Shown here: piece after piece, positions 25,901 through 40,000 of the stretch | How the letters are laid out: each line of letters opens with the position of its first letter | Position numbering within the stretch: the stretch's first letter is position 1 | NCBI GenBank assembly: GCA_002633005.1 | Contig: NMRA01000361.1 | Coordinates: forward strand, 1 to 64,000 | DNA length: 64,000 nucleotides | Reading direction: 5' to 3' | Source of the DNA: Phoronis australis | Taxonomy: Eukaryota > Animalia > Phoronida | Program-made: the position numbers and the translations under genes | The notes under the pieces: generated by a model | The model's input: the letters and a program-made list of their open reading frames with translations, nothing else | Told to the model about the DNA's origin: nothing | Database searches by the model: none

Positions 25901-28900
25901 ATCATGGACAAAGTCATTTTTTATGAGACTCTTTAGGCATACGAGGTAATTTGTAAACCCTATTCTGCATCATCAGCTCACCTGTCTCAGGTCACAGAAC
26001 TCAGCAATAACATCTTCATAATTCCTGCTATCCTCGCTGTAATGTTCTTCAATGTAATCCTTAAAAGTGAAGAAGAAAAAGTTGCTATTTAGCAATTCCC
26101 ATATAATTCACATTTGTTGTCATTATAATAAATACAGTTTGTTATCATAAAAAATTGTTGTTGGCCTGAGCATATGCAGACCTGCATGATAAACAGTGAC
26201 TTGGGTGGAGGTCAGTAACACTAAGCCATAACTGCAGGTCAAATATTTAGACCAGAATAACCTATGTTTTGATATAAGGCAAAACAACTGGGTTGTTCTT
26301 GAAGTAAAAGTGATTTAGTCACTTTGTGTAGGATATTTCACTCACAGTGGTTGCATTACCAATTGCTGTGACACCAAACTGGGCGAAAATTCTCTAGGCA
26401 CTTCTGTTAACCCACAATGTTGGCAAAACATTCCCCGTCAGTTTTCAAACCACAAGTAACTCATTCAGTTATAAAGGATCTGGTCATTAGGCACAAGTTG
26501 CTGAACTGGCAGCAACTAGTTGAAGCCGATCACTGTGATAGTGTGATTTAATAAATGTTCATCTCTTAAACAGATGATATAATCAACCACCAGAATCACA
26601 GCACTATAAACACCAAAGGAAAGCTCTCACGACAGAGGGTCATCCCACCAACTTCCAATGGATAATACCACATACACTAAGCCATCCCGACAGAAATTTC
26701 ACTTGCTTCAAGTCATTTTGTCTGAATATTTTCACTGTATACTTTACCAACAATGTTATCAATCCAACAATTATTATCTACACCACTAAATCAAAGTACC
26801 CGAATGTTTAAAATCTATTATGGTATCTAAATGTTTACTACTAGTCAGGACAATGCTCCTTTGCCTTCAAGTGTCTTTAAGTGCCACTTACTGCAGTAGT
26901 GCTGGCATCAGTAGACACTCAACTGGTCTTTCAATAAATTTCTAGACACAGTGGGATTTGAGACAGTAACAGGCTGGGAACGCAAGAGACACAGTAACAC
27001 CAACATTTTTAACCTCCCACTAAATAAAACTATACTTTTTTGTTTTTCAATAGGAAATTATAGCTTCTCATTTAACTCAATTCCAACAGGAATGCTGCAA
27101 GTAAATTTGCGGTTGGTTTTATACATCAATTGCTCAGTTAGTACATCTATTCTTCACTTATTTAGCCCACAATATGGAGAACAGGTGAACTTCTATTTTG
27201 TTAAATGTATCATATTTTCACAATAGAAATTTAGTGTATTATTTAGTCTATTACTATCATAGTTTGAACTATGCAGATGCTATAAAAACATTTGGCTATG
27301 TTTACATTATTTGTAGCAAAATAATTGACCTTTGAAAACTGGAAAAATGACCATTATGGTAATATTGTTTTTGTGCAAAATCAGTGGAGAATTACTGTAC
27401 TGCTTCTTCAGGTAACCACATACACTAATTATGGATTGTAACATGAGGCAAATAATTAAAAATATATATTACAATAAATAGATTCCATGTAATGCTTAAA
27501 AAAAAAATATATATATATATGTATATGTACATATATATATATACACACATACACCCTTTCCTCATTTTACATGTCGTCAATGATCAAAGGTATTCTGGAG
27601 CCATAAAAACATCACCAGGCACACATTTCAAGTGACTATAAACACATGCAGCTTCCATCATAAGATCCAACCTTATATCTAGATCACATACTGATATCAA
27701 TTGGCCCCAAATTGTTCCTCAGTTCAACTGGAGGTAATTTCAGGGCTTTGAAAGAACTGGCAATTTTTAATAGTCGAGACCAGGCTCTTGACGTTGTCTT
27801 GTCATGGCGTATGTAGCGGAGCATCGTCTCAAAGACTAATGACCTGTCACTAATCTTTGTAAACCCAGAAATCACTGCTCGAATGAGTAAGGAACAAGTT
27901 GACACCTGGGGCCTGTTCCAAGAAACTGACTTAAGTTCATTTTTGACTTAAGTTTAAGACTTGTCTTCAATTCCGAACTTTGAAACTACCACATTCTGTT
28001 AGTTAGTGAAATTGAATTAAGACAAAACTTACATCACACAGTTAATTCAAACTCAAGATCTCTTTCTTGTATTGGTTTTGAGACAAATTTAACTTTTATT
28101 TTAAAATTCACTAAAAATTTAGGATTTGTCTTAGCTAAGTCAGTTTTGTTGGAACGGGCCCCAATTCCATAACATTTAGAGGTCTAAGTGAAACGGTTCA
28201 CCTCAAGGACGGAACTTGGAACTCCGGTTTATCGCCGCTTTAAGTAAATATTGCGCATTTAATAACCTTGAAAATTCCTCGATATCACGTGTTCTTTTCA
28301 CCTTGGGAGACCTTATCAGTGAGCAAAGTCCAGTTATCAATAAGTAAATAGTTCACACCCAGAAGAATGTCTGTCCTGGTCATTTGGACACATGCACTAA
28401 ACAAAGATAACTAGGGAAGACTGCATGAACAAAGTACGACTGTCATGACAGAACAACAGCCCAATGCAAAAAATTGCGAAAAAGCAGTTTCCACTGTTAT
28501 GTTATTATTTTGTTATTAACCAGTGTTCTCCACAATCTGTTTTGACTTGTTGTAGTAACAGAGAGATATAATTTAGCCTCCACCAGTTTTTCTCACCAGT
28601 TTGAACTGATAAGACATGAGTCATTCTAGTTTAAGGATTCCCAGGCTTTGCATACAAATCCTCCACAGGTCAAGAATTTTGTTATCCTCATTCAAGAATT
28701 TTGTTATTCCCATCAAGTTTTCTAATTAGGAATACAAAAATGGAGAAAATCATAATGAAGGTCATAGAACAGCAATAAGACTTAAAGTTGTAATTTGTGG
28801 ATTTAGTCTATTTACTCTCCAGATTTATAATTCTGTGATAAGCTGAACAGATAACCACAATTACACAACAAGAACTAATAGGCAAGACCCACTGGTTGTT

Positions 28901-31900
28901 AAAATCCATGGAAAGGTCTTGGTAGGGTCCATGGCCTGTGGTGATTGCCAATAATTGTAAATAAACACACAAATCCTTCTGCCAGTTGGACACAGCTCAT
29001 CATTATGTAAACAAACTGGTCTATGTCAAGTTCAGTTTATTTGTATGATGAGTGCTCCTGCTGTTAAACTGCTGGTCTATTTGTCAGAACCACACAGAAC
29101 ATTATGGTGAAAATCACTAACATGTCTCCGCTCATCATGCAGGTCTGTTGTTAAATGGAACAATTTCTAATGACTACAGTAAACATTCTCAAATTTGGGG
29201 ACAGTGAAAATTTAATTTCGTTGCTCAAGGTCAGAGCTTGTTCCAAATTCTTAATCACCACAAAGACGCAGATTGAAAACACACTGTCCAAAATTTGAGA
29301 AATATGATAAAGAAAATAAAATTTTAGCGGTAGTTGGTGTATCCCATATTCCAGAACTTTTACTGTACATCGGATTTTTTTAACGTTACGCAAGCATATC
29401 ACCCATTTGGATTTAACATAATTCTAAATTCAATGCTCCATCATCAGCAGTGCTAGAACACACAGACATAACAGATTTATTTCATTGATCAAAATTTTAC
29501 ATCCGGAAAACTTATGAAACTTGAATTATCATTTCCCTTTAATCACCACAGAAAATCTTTTCCAGCATTCTAAAACTGCCAGGCAACACTGCGACCTCTT
29601 ACCTTAAATGTCTGTGAGAAATCAATCTCTTTGGTTTCTTTAAGTCCAAGCGGAATCATGGGTACTGTCGAACTGGAACTGAAATGAAGAGAAAACAAAA
29701 ATAAGAACTCAGACATTCAGGTAAACACGAGAAGAGCCCTCCGAATTCCCACAACACTTAACGTGCCTACAACGTAACAGTCAAGAGCATAGACACACGG
29801 GGGTGAAATAACATTAATAATTAATAAGACAAGCTAGTCTTGGAAAACAAAAAGAAAGGTATAATAATAAATTAATAATAAAATCAATAAGATGTTTTTT
29901 CAAGGAAAATGGTTGAACGGCATGCATTTAGATTGTTCTGACCGACTAAGAATTATACTTCAGTATTCAGCATGAAGAGTTAGCTCACGATATAATAGAT
30001 CTAGGGACTACATGCAGCATATGAATGCTTAGGAGTGTTAACTTGCTACAACCAAACAATGAACATAAACACAACTTTGTACTCGTTTAAGAAGGTTTCA
30101 TTCACAGTAGAATGACCTCAGAAAATGCTGGTGCTGGGCTTCATAAAATAAAAGTTATCCACAAAACAAACGAATGGTTAAAGCTGGATTTAGCCACTGT
30201 TTAGCTGTCAAAAGTTGAATTCTTAACCAAAGCAGTATGCTCATCCAAATTGTCCTTGAATAAGTCAGCAATGTTTGTGTATGTGTGTCATTTTTGAATT
30301 TTGCTATTTTAGGGTTGGCCAACTCCAATAATATCTAGCGCATTTTCTTGAGTCGCTGGTGGTTTCCATGTTCTTGTTAATAACAGAAAGAGAATCTTAT
30401 CATAAGGAAAATTATGAAACCGATTTTCCGAAAGTAAAAGGCGTAATTCGAGTTTCATTTTAAGGGCGGAATGCAGCTCTGAACAAGAGCATAACTACCA
30501 GTGACATGCTCCATGCGTAATTCTCAACTCGGGTCATAAACTGGAACTGGATTCTGGGTAATCATAGGCAACTCAATGTAACCACTGGATCAGATTTGAT
30601 AATATATGAGAGATCAAAAACTCTTCAACCAAAATTGGGTCCCAAAGCTCTAGCATAATAATTATTATTATTGATCTCAAGTTTTAATAAACTTTGATAA
30701 TAAAAGCTGTTTTATTGATACTTGTATATTTCCCATTCTTAAATATGTTCAGGACCCACTGGTTACCTCGTCCTATGAAACTGCATGCCCAGCACAGTGT
30801 GTTCAACAAATCTGAACAGGTCAGAAAGTCCAAATAATAGGACAGAAACCGAAAATTGTCCCTGCAGAGGCCCTTTCAGTAAGGTACTCCAACAGGAAGA
30901 AACATGAAAAGAAATTTGTTTATTCAGGAAATACAGAAATATGTCTGCTGTCCCTCCCAGGAAAGTCCAAAAGAAATGTTATTAGAAGAGAAACGAAACA
31001 GAAATTGAGCATTCGTTCAAGGCAAGTAACAAAGCAACATTCCGAGTTTTTAACCATGACAATAACGTCCATGCAAAGCTTATGGAACAAGATGAGCATA
31101 AAAGTGCCGAAAGCATACCAGGCAGAAACCGTCCTGAAATACGAAAGAAAGATGGTCAGAAGAAATAGGCTTAAGGTGCGGCAACTGAGATGGAAATGAC
31201 GTCCAAGCTCATGTACTAGACTCGTAATAGGACCAAATACAATATTCATATCATACGTATATCATAATGGAATGTTATTGTACATGAGTCCAATGAAATG
31301 TCACGAAGATTCATATTACACCGACATTAAACACCCTAACAAAAACACAACACTGCCAACTGCAGACTAGCTGACTTCCAGCCCCAAATGACTAAGAAGC
31401 AAATCTGACATGCTTACCACTGTAATCCCTTTGAGAAACCCAGTACTTATTTTAAAATTCTATCAATCAGAATGACACAGGTCATCTAAATGCCAGTGAT
31501 GTTAAGGATAGGCAAAACAATCTGGTTTGAAAAACACAGGATGCACTTATATCTAGAAAAATAACCAAAGCAGTGGACTGGTAAGGGGAACAGTTGACTG
31601 AAGGAAACGGGAAGGTACCTGGAATTCTGGTAGATCTCCACAGAGCTGTTCATCTCTGCTAGCTCCTCCTTGAGAAGCTGCAGGTTAGAGTTGACAAAAC
31701 TCAACTCAAGTGCCACCGTCTCTTTAGTTTTCTTACTGGTTGAAGCCCTGCACAAAACATTTAACATGTGAAGACAGAAATAGCACCGTGATCAATAAAA
31801 CGGGGCACGGTTACACAAGAAACACATGAAAAAAGCAGATCATGCAAGACCATGCCAAATAACGCGAGTGAAAAGGTACTGTTTTACGAGTGTGCTTGCG

Positions 31901-34900
31901 ACTTTACTAACGAACTGCAGCAAAATGGGGGCCAGTAACGTGACTGGTCGGTGAAATTAGAATGCTTTTTGTATGTAAATATACTGACAAATCCAGATTT
32001 TCTCATAGACAAACTTACAGCTCTATTACAAGTTTGCAAATTTATACAAAATCAGAATAATTTGACTGCAGACCCCTATGCAGATAAACTCTGTTTAACA
32101 AAATTCAGCATTAAGAACTCGCGTATACAAACAGTACCCTGGGCACAGACAAAGCCCATGTATTTACAGAAACATTTAACAATTTTATACACCATTATTT
32201 TATATAAACACCCATAGACAATACACTCAGCCTGAGTAATTAGCGAGTCGTTTATAGACAGCAACATGTAAACATCAGCTGGCTATGACTCATGTATCAC
32301 CTGGCTTTTCAGGTGCCTTACACCCAGGTGAGTTATGATAACAAAATCATGGCTTTTGGACTTGGGCAAGGGGTTGACTGAGGCGTGGACTAAACCGAAC
32401 GATAATCGGAGAGCAATTTTTTCTCAGAAAATATGACTGTAGCAAGAAATTTTAAAAATCTGTAATCAAATTGCAGTATTGAATTTGAACTGTTTATGTA
32501 ACAACACCCTATGGGTAATAGTCGGATATAACGTGCCTGTATCTTGAGAACCAGTTTGACGCCCCTTATTCAGTGGAGAAAACTGGTTCTCAAAATTCGG
32601 TCACGTTATATCTGACCATGCTTTACTACACCAGTTCAAACAAATAGGATTTTGTCATCTGCCACTTGCAAATACAGAACTAGTGTTTTTCATATCCATG
32701 AGCCAAGATTTAAAGGTCATCACGAAATGTTGATTTCTAACGGTGAATTTGTGGACATGAATAAATATTGGGCTCAGGGCACTGAAAAGTGGTGGTGATC
32801 ACATGGGAATTAATGGTGATGGACTGATGGGGTGAACAAAAACTTTTGGATTTATGAAACTGCATTAATCACCAAATCGATAGTTTACATGCGTCAATTG
32901 TGACAACCCCTTCACCATCTCAATAGGCCTACTAACACTGACACACTGACAGTACTGTAGGATAGGAAGGATTTATTCTTCACTCATTCAAACATAAGCT
33001 TGTCATCTTTGTCAATAGTTTTAACAAATAAACATTGACATTAAAAATCTTACTCACTGACAAAATCGTCATGAAACTCACAATAACAGGTAAATCTTTG
33101 ATTGGGGAAGTCTGCTCCCTCATCTTGTGTTATGAGCAACCTTATTAGCCTTTTTTAGTTTCAGATTTATTTTCTAAGCTATTTATTATAACCTTATTAC
33201 AATTGTATGCATGGCCTTATATAATCATGGAACACCTGGTGAATAAATTTAACCCTTCAGATTTAGGTACCATTAAGTCACCACTTTGTCATATCAGTAA
33301 ACTGGCTTCCTGAAGTAATGAGCTATCCTATTGCTCGGTTTCACTCACCTGAAGAGGTTTTCAGCCCCATTACGAATCCTTACTTCCTTATTGATTTGGT
33401 CATTGAGTTTGGACCGTTTTGTCTGCAACTTCCCCCTGGCTGTTTCGTACAGTGGGTTGGATCCCTGTGAAACACAGCACTAATATTAACCTCTGACAAG
33501 CAACATGGATAGTCTTGAGATGTGATGGATGGTGACAGACAAAAATGTTGATTTCGGTCAGAAGCACAGCTCACTGGTCACTGATATGAAGGAGAATCTC
33601 ATTTCTTAAGATTCAGAAATTGTCAGACAGACACATCATATTATTCCAATTTCTCTAACAAGTCAGGTAAATAATCAGGTAAATAAAAAGACTGTGACCG
33701 ATGTGGTTCTTAAACCAGTCAGTAAACCCGTCTCAAAAGTTCTAATTTTTATATAGGACAGTAGGTTTTTGACTAATCAGAGAGAGTAAACAGCCAGGTA
33801 CATGACTGGCATGACCATCTCACTAGACAGCCAGGTACATGACTGGCATGACCATCTCAGCTAGTCACACCAAGTCATACACATGAGAAATGGAGTGAAT
33901 GAACAGAAACCCCTACGTTGACATTACATACACATCCTTGGGCATAGTTAACTACCGATTCAAATCACACAACATAACAGTCACACCTTGAAGTAACAAC
34001 AGATTTGATACTGGCCCTATAGTCACATGTCCCACTTTACCTGGATACTTTTCTCAAAAACCATGTCACTTGTCGTAGCTAAGTTTCTTGTGGCTTTCAT
34101 GCAAGTGTACTGTCCCGCAATAATTTAAATGGTAATAAAAATTCAAACTGGTTCACCAGTAAACACTGCTTTGCTAAGCACAGACACCCAATCATTCACA
34201 GAATAAACCCATTAGCACAGTGCTCAGACTAAATAGTCTATTGGCAGACAGGCCCTGTGATGTCACAATAGGTGTGCCAACCAGTGGAGCTGATATCAAT
34301 AGTTGATTACACAGCTGACAGGTCACTTTTAAAAGGTGCAATTCTATTGGTTCATTCTGAGAACTAATCAAACAGTAGTGTACTATACATTGCCACTGTG
34401 TACAATACAGGTATGACTGTACAGGGAGTTGAGGGGGTGATTCATATCACAGGTACGAAAAACTCATAAACTGTCAATTTTAATATTAGCACAGCCCATG
34501 TATCAATCACAATCATATTCACATTACATCCAAATTCTCAATCATTTTCTTATATTCAACCACTACAGAAACCAAGCTAAAGAGATAGGAGATTTCATAT
34601 GCTATTTAACTGTGCCACTGAAGTAGGTTTAAATGTGATAACCAAAATTATTGAGCCGTCATGCCTTAAAAAATGATTAGATCATGGAAGTCAACTACGA
34701 AAGTGTTAGGAAAATACAGAGTGGTTGAAAAATTCTTATTGTACACAACAGTTTCAACTGGAATACCTTTATTTTTTCAAAATGACTCAGAATCTTATTT
34801 TTAGTTTGATACCGATATCCCCAGGTTTTTCACTACATCTGAACATAATCAAACAAATAAGGGTATATTCAATCCATGAGCCTTGTGTAAGAACCCATAT

Positions 34901-37043
34901 AACTACCAGTGTAAGCCTATTGGACATAAACCTAAACACACTGCTCTTTACAAAGAGAAAGACATGCTGGTAGATTCAGGCTATACTCAACTTGCTCAGC
35001 AACACTGAGTGTATCCTAGTGACAGGCCTGTGACCAACTGGCTAGTGGTCCATGTTACTGGCCAGGGAACTAAATTGCAGTAGAAATCAGGAGGGAGGCA
35101 CTTTAAACCCAACAGTTGTTTGGTTTAATACCAAGGAAGAAACACAGACATCTCATCCGACTTATTGTATAGAGTCAAATAAAATAGCAGCAGATTGTAA
35201 GCCCGGCAGTAAGAGCTTACTTCTAGAATGGAGAGAACACAGTAGCTCAGTAACGTGAAATAGTTTTTTAAGCAACTTCTTCGAACTTTCTTTCTCATGA
35301 AAACATTCCGTATTAAGCTGATTGCATGCTGTTCATACCACCTTTTAATTTTTTGTACAGGTGTACGACCAATAAGACAAATTTTATAACTCATGGACAA
35401 CTGATTACACTGACGGATACAAAACAATAGTTTATAGACCATTTCCTATTAAAACTTCAACAATTTTATGTTCAGAAGACTGTTGGTAGATGGGACCCCT
35501 TAAATTCTGACTTGAGTAGAAGTTTAAAGGGCAAGTTTAATTTGTAGTAAACATGTCGATTTAACAGTGAAGAATAGATGCGACTGATTGCAGTGGGCAT
35601 GCTTAGCTTCCAAAATAATCGACAGACGACACTGTCAACTGGTTGCTACACCAGTAGACTGCACTTAAAAACTCAGGTCCTTGATCATGAACAGGGTTGG
35701 TATGAACAGTGTCCTTTTCTTCCAAGCAAAATAATAATTTCCTTAGACTAGAAGGTTCTTTGTTAGAACTAGTAATATCAGTGTAATTGAGCTTGAAATG
35801 AATCCCACAGAGTGATAGAATTTGATGTATTAAGAACAGGTACATAAAAGGTCCATTCATACCATTCTCTGGATGTAGGTCAAAAGGTTTGCATACTACA
35901 TCATACTGAAACTGTGTTGTGTTTGCCATATAAGGTAATGGTCAGCTGTCTTGTGGCAATGATTCTGTGAATGACCATTATATAACCTAGTTTACTATAG
36001 AGTTCATCAATACATTTGTGGATAAATAGGATGGTCCACTGACTCAGCTGACAGTCAAAACAAGTTACTAACATAAACAATCTGCTAGTAAAGTAATAAT
36101 ATCAGTATCATTAATGTTATACCAACATACTGAGTAACTAATATATTTCATGAATATCACAGATTTCAGGACAAACTGAGGTAAATACAGGTGGAAACTG
36201 ATTTTCACTTTTCAATTGAGTGTCCGATGCTGACACTCCAAAAACTATTTTTATTTTAAAATTGGGATGAAATATCCAAAATTTTCTAAGTGAGCGAAAA
36301 TTCAACATGTCAATAGAAAAACAAGTTGCTAAAACAGATGGTGTACTTATCAACAAAGCTTTTGATCTTAAAATTGAAGAGATTTGTGTTTTTTAAATTA
36401 ACTTTTTGTTATTCTACCGAGTATGAGCTGACTAGACAGCACCAATATGATCATAATGCGTAGTTCAAAACATTTTTTAATCATGAAGAATTGTATGTAC
36501 TCAGTAACTGAAATGTAGTGCTTACAGAGTCAGAAAGATGACGATTTTAATAAAAATATCAAATATTCAGTGCAAACATTGACTGCAAAATCTGATGGAA
36601 ACTCCAACAACACCAAACTTAACTATTCACACTGCCTGCTGTTGAATCTTCGACTTGTGAGCTGCAAAGTTAGCTTGCAGTCTTAATTTCAATCCAAAAT
36701 CAAAGTTAACCATTCACAAAGAACAACACATCCTCAAAAGACTGACCTTTTGATGTACGGAAGACCCTTTCTGAATGGGCAATTCCAGCAACTTGCGAGC
36801 TGCAAAGTTAGCTTGCAGTCTTAATTTCAAACCAAAATCAAAGTTAACCATTCACAAAGATCAACACATCCTCACAAGACTGACCTATTGATGTATGGAA
36901 GACCCTTTCTGATTGGGCAATTCCATTATCATAACAGTTGGACTAGATGCAATGTTTACTCCTAATCAGTTATGGTATATAGCCAGAAGTCCAGTCTACA
37001 CAGCCTACCCTAGAACAATTTACACTTAATTCAACTTGATCAT

Positions 37044-37084
<41 letters not shown>

Positions 37085-40000
37085 CAATAACTAGGGTGAG
37101 GCGAAAGTTGTCGCTCTGTGTGAAACGACACCTATCGCGAGAATGGCGTGCAAAAGAAAAACCCGTATGTGCGGAACCGCAGCTGATAATTACTTCGACC
37201 CTAACCCACTTTTGCGGCCATATAGGCGATTACTAGTGGCGCAAGTTACCCCACCTCGATAATGTGCAGTAAGTTGTCACAAGTGGGGTAAGTTGCGCTA
37301 GTTTAAACAGCGTCCTGACAGCGCTCAAACCTGGCGACAACTTGTTCCAGGAGTAACTTGTTCTATGGTCAAGTCTGTGAGTGGATACTAAAATGCACAC
37401 CAAATGTGTGTCCCATTTTCTGCTGGGTGTACAATTTATGGTAGCTACTAATGTTAGTGGTTTGTGGTCTACCCAGACTAGCACCAACCAGGTCATTAAC
37501 AAATCAAAACAAATCATAATGAACCAGATTGTTTATCTACCACAGGAATTCTGGGGTGTTGAGTTATTTTCAGGGCTTGGATAATGATCTTTGCTCCTTG
37601 TAATTACATTATAGACAAGGTTTTTGATAAGTTGAGAACTAACATATATGAGGCAAAACATGTTTAAAGTAAAATCTTGCCAATTTCCCAAAAAATTTGT
37701 TGTTTTTCATTTTTTCACATCTAACTTCATTGAATGCGCATTGCTAGAATCAAAATCTTGTCTGATGCCAAAATATTCACTACTTGCATACTTTGCTGGC
37801 GCTACAAAAAATGATTGTTGTGCATCGTTGCTTAGGATACAAAACCTCCTTTTAGAATCAATTTTAACAATACAAACTTGACAGCGTACATGTTTCAAAC
37901 ATGCAGTATCACAGGTTTACAAATGACGAGAGTTGAAGAGACAGAGAACATGTATTTAGGTCATTACACAAGCGCAGTAGAGATGATCCTTTCTGCCATG
38001 CCCCAGTTTCGCGTTTAGACACATAATTGACACGGAACAAGATGTTCTAGCACAAATTGCTCTACCTCACAAAAGGGTGGCAAAAGTTGTCACCGCGGTG
38101 TCAATTTGCTCCAGTTCAGTCTCGTTTACACACAATACTTGTGCTGGAACAACTCGTTCCGTGTCAGATGATCCGTGTCAACTTTTGTAGTGTAAACGGC
38201 ACTTTAGTAACTAATTTACTCAACAACAAGAAATCGATATGGATTTTACAAAGTTCCTTAAGACTTAATAATTAGTATCTAATCTCACAACAACAAAAAG
38301 TTAGAAAACCATGAAGTGCATTTAGTAAATATTCCAAAAATGCACACTGTTTCGGCAAAGTGATCACATCTCATATAGGGATCTATTTATCTTCCCTACG
38401 AGTTAAAAAAGTCTTAACAGCTCTTACGCCTATTTCAGATGAGCAACATTTCCATCCAAAAAGTTACCTAGCACATCGACCGAAAAGTTGTCCAACCTTT
38501 CGCTTTTGCAGTCATGCATACACACACACCAAAATCCTCTTGCTCAAAACAACCTTAACAGGGTACCACAATGGAATGTGTTGAGTCACTAAGCGAATAG
38601 GGAAAACTAGACAACTCTTTGTTTTCGATGAATTCGCTAAAGTCTGATAACTAACTAGTAGGTCTACAACAAGGTTTTCCCTTGAACTGAATCACAAGCA
38701 GCAAGTAGACAGTAATGTACCTCATGACAAAAATGTGTATGAAGCTTAAATACAATTAAGGTTACACAGGGCTGTGTACATTTAGCTAAATGTGTACAAA
38801 CTATAAAATTTGACTCGGCAAAAATACATGTTTTTTTAAAGAAGAAATTCAATAGAATTTGATTTTTGACTTCATACCAATATATAAATAATTAGGAGAC
38901 CTTGCATTTTTATGAAAAGTTAGGAAAAATGAAACGTTCATTCATTGCAGAACAACAGGATCAATAACATTCCTCATTTCATGATATAATTATCAAAGAT
39001 AAAATCTCAAACACTTTTCTAAATTGTTTTGTTTCATTTTCATTTTATGCAACTTAAGAAATTTTTCATAAAAATCATGCAAGTACATTTTTGATAGCCC
39101 GTCATGCAAAAGTAGAACATTTTAAAATAATTCCTAACAATTTAGAGAACAGTGTGGAAAGCATAGTGTCTAAACGTTCATGTGAATCTGATCTGCCATT
39201 TCTGAGATACGACGTTCCAACATTGGCGAAAATTTGGAATTTGTCAAGGATCTCAAGATATCTATTTTGTCCACAAACAGCACATTGTGCCCGTGATTCA
39301 GGATTCACATTCACTATTCAAAATACAACTGAAAGATTTATCTCGGTGATCATGAATTTGCTGGCCATTTGTTTTAACTGAGACTTCTGCTTCTGACTTT
39401 GCGGTCAATAAGTGGGACTAAAGCTTGGCCTGAAGTACATAATTCTGAAAATATGCAGTGGTTGAATGACATGAGTCAAGGCTGATTGAAACTAAGAGAA
39501 TGAATAAAGTTTACAAGCAAATGTGATTTTTGAATGGTTTGTGAATGCACTCACACCTCCCTCATTTGGAAAATGTAGGTCGAAAAGTTACACAAGTCGA
39601 ACATCCTCGACCGAAACGAGCTTTAGAGGAAAGTACCCAGCGCAGGTTATGGTAGACTTCCAGTTTCAACAACAGTTGCTGTGTGTATCTGTACAGACTA
39701 TGCGAACATGGTAATGAGGTCATGGCTGGCGATATTAGACTGCTACATGAAGAAGTGATACTAACAAGAGACTTTGAACTTACTAAGTATTTAAGATTTT
39801 AAAATCATCAGCCTGAATGGATGGTGTTTTGGAGTTGCCACTGACAACTATCTTTAGAATTTTAAGAATGTAGACAGATGGGTGAATGGTCCAAGTTTCC
39901 TTTCATTTTATCTAAACAACAGTTCACAATTGGGAACTTTAAATATATTTGGTACACAAGTTGGTTTCAGCCACTCAGATTCACTTATAAGAAAGATGGA

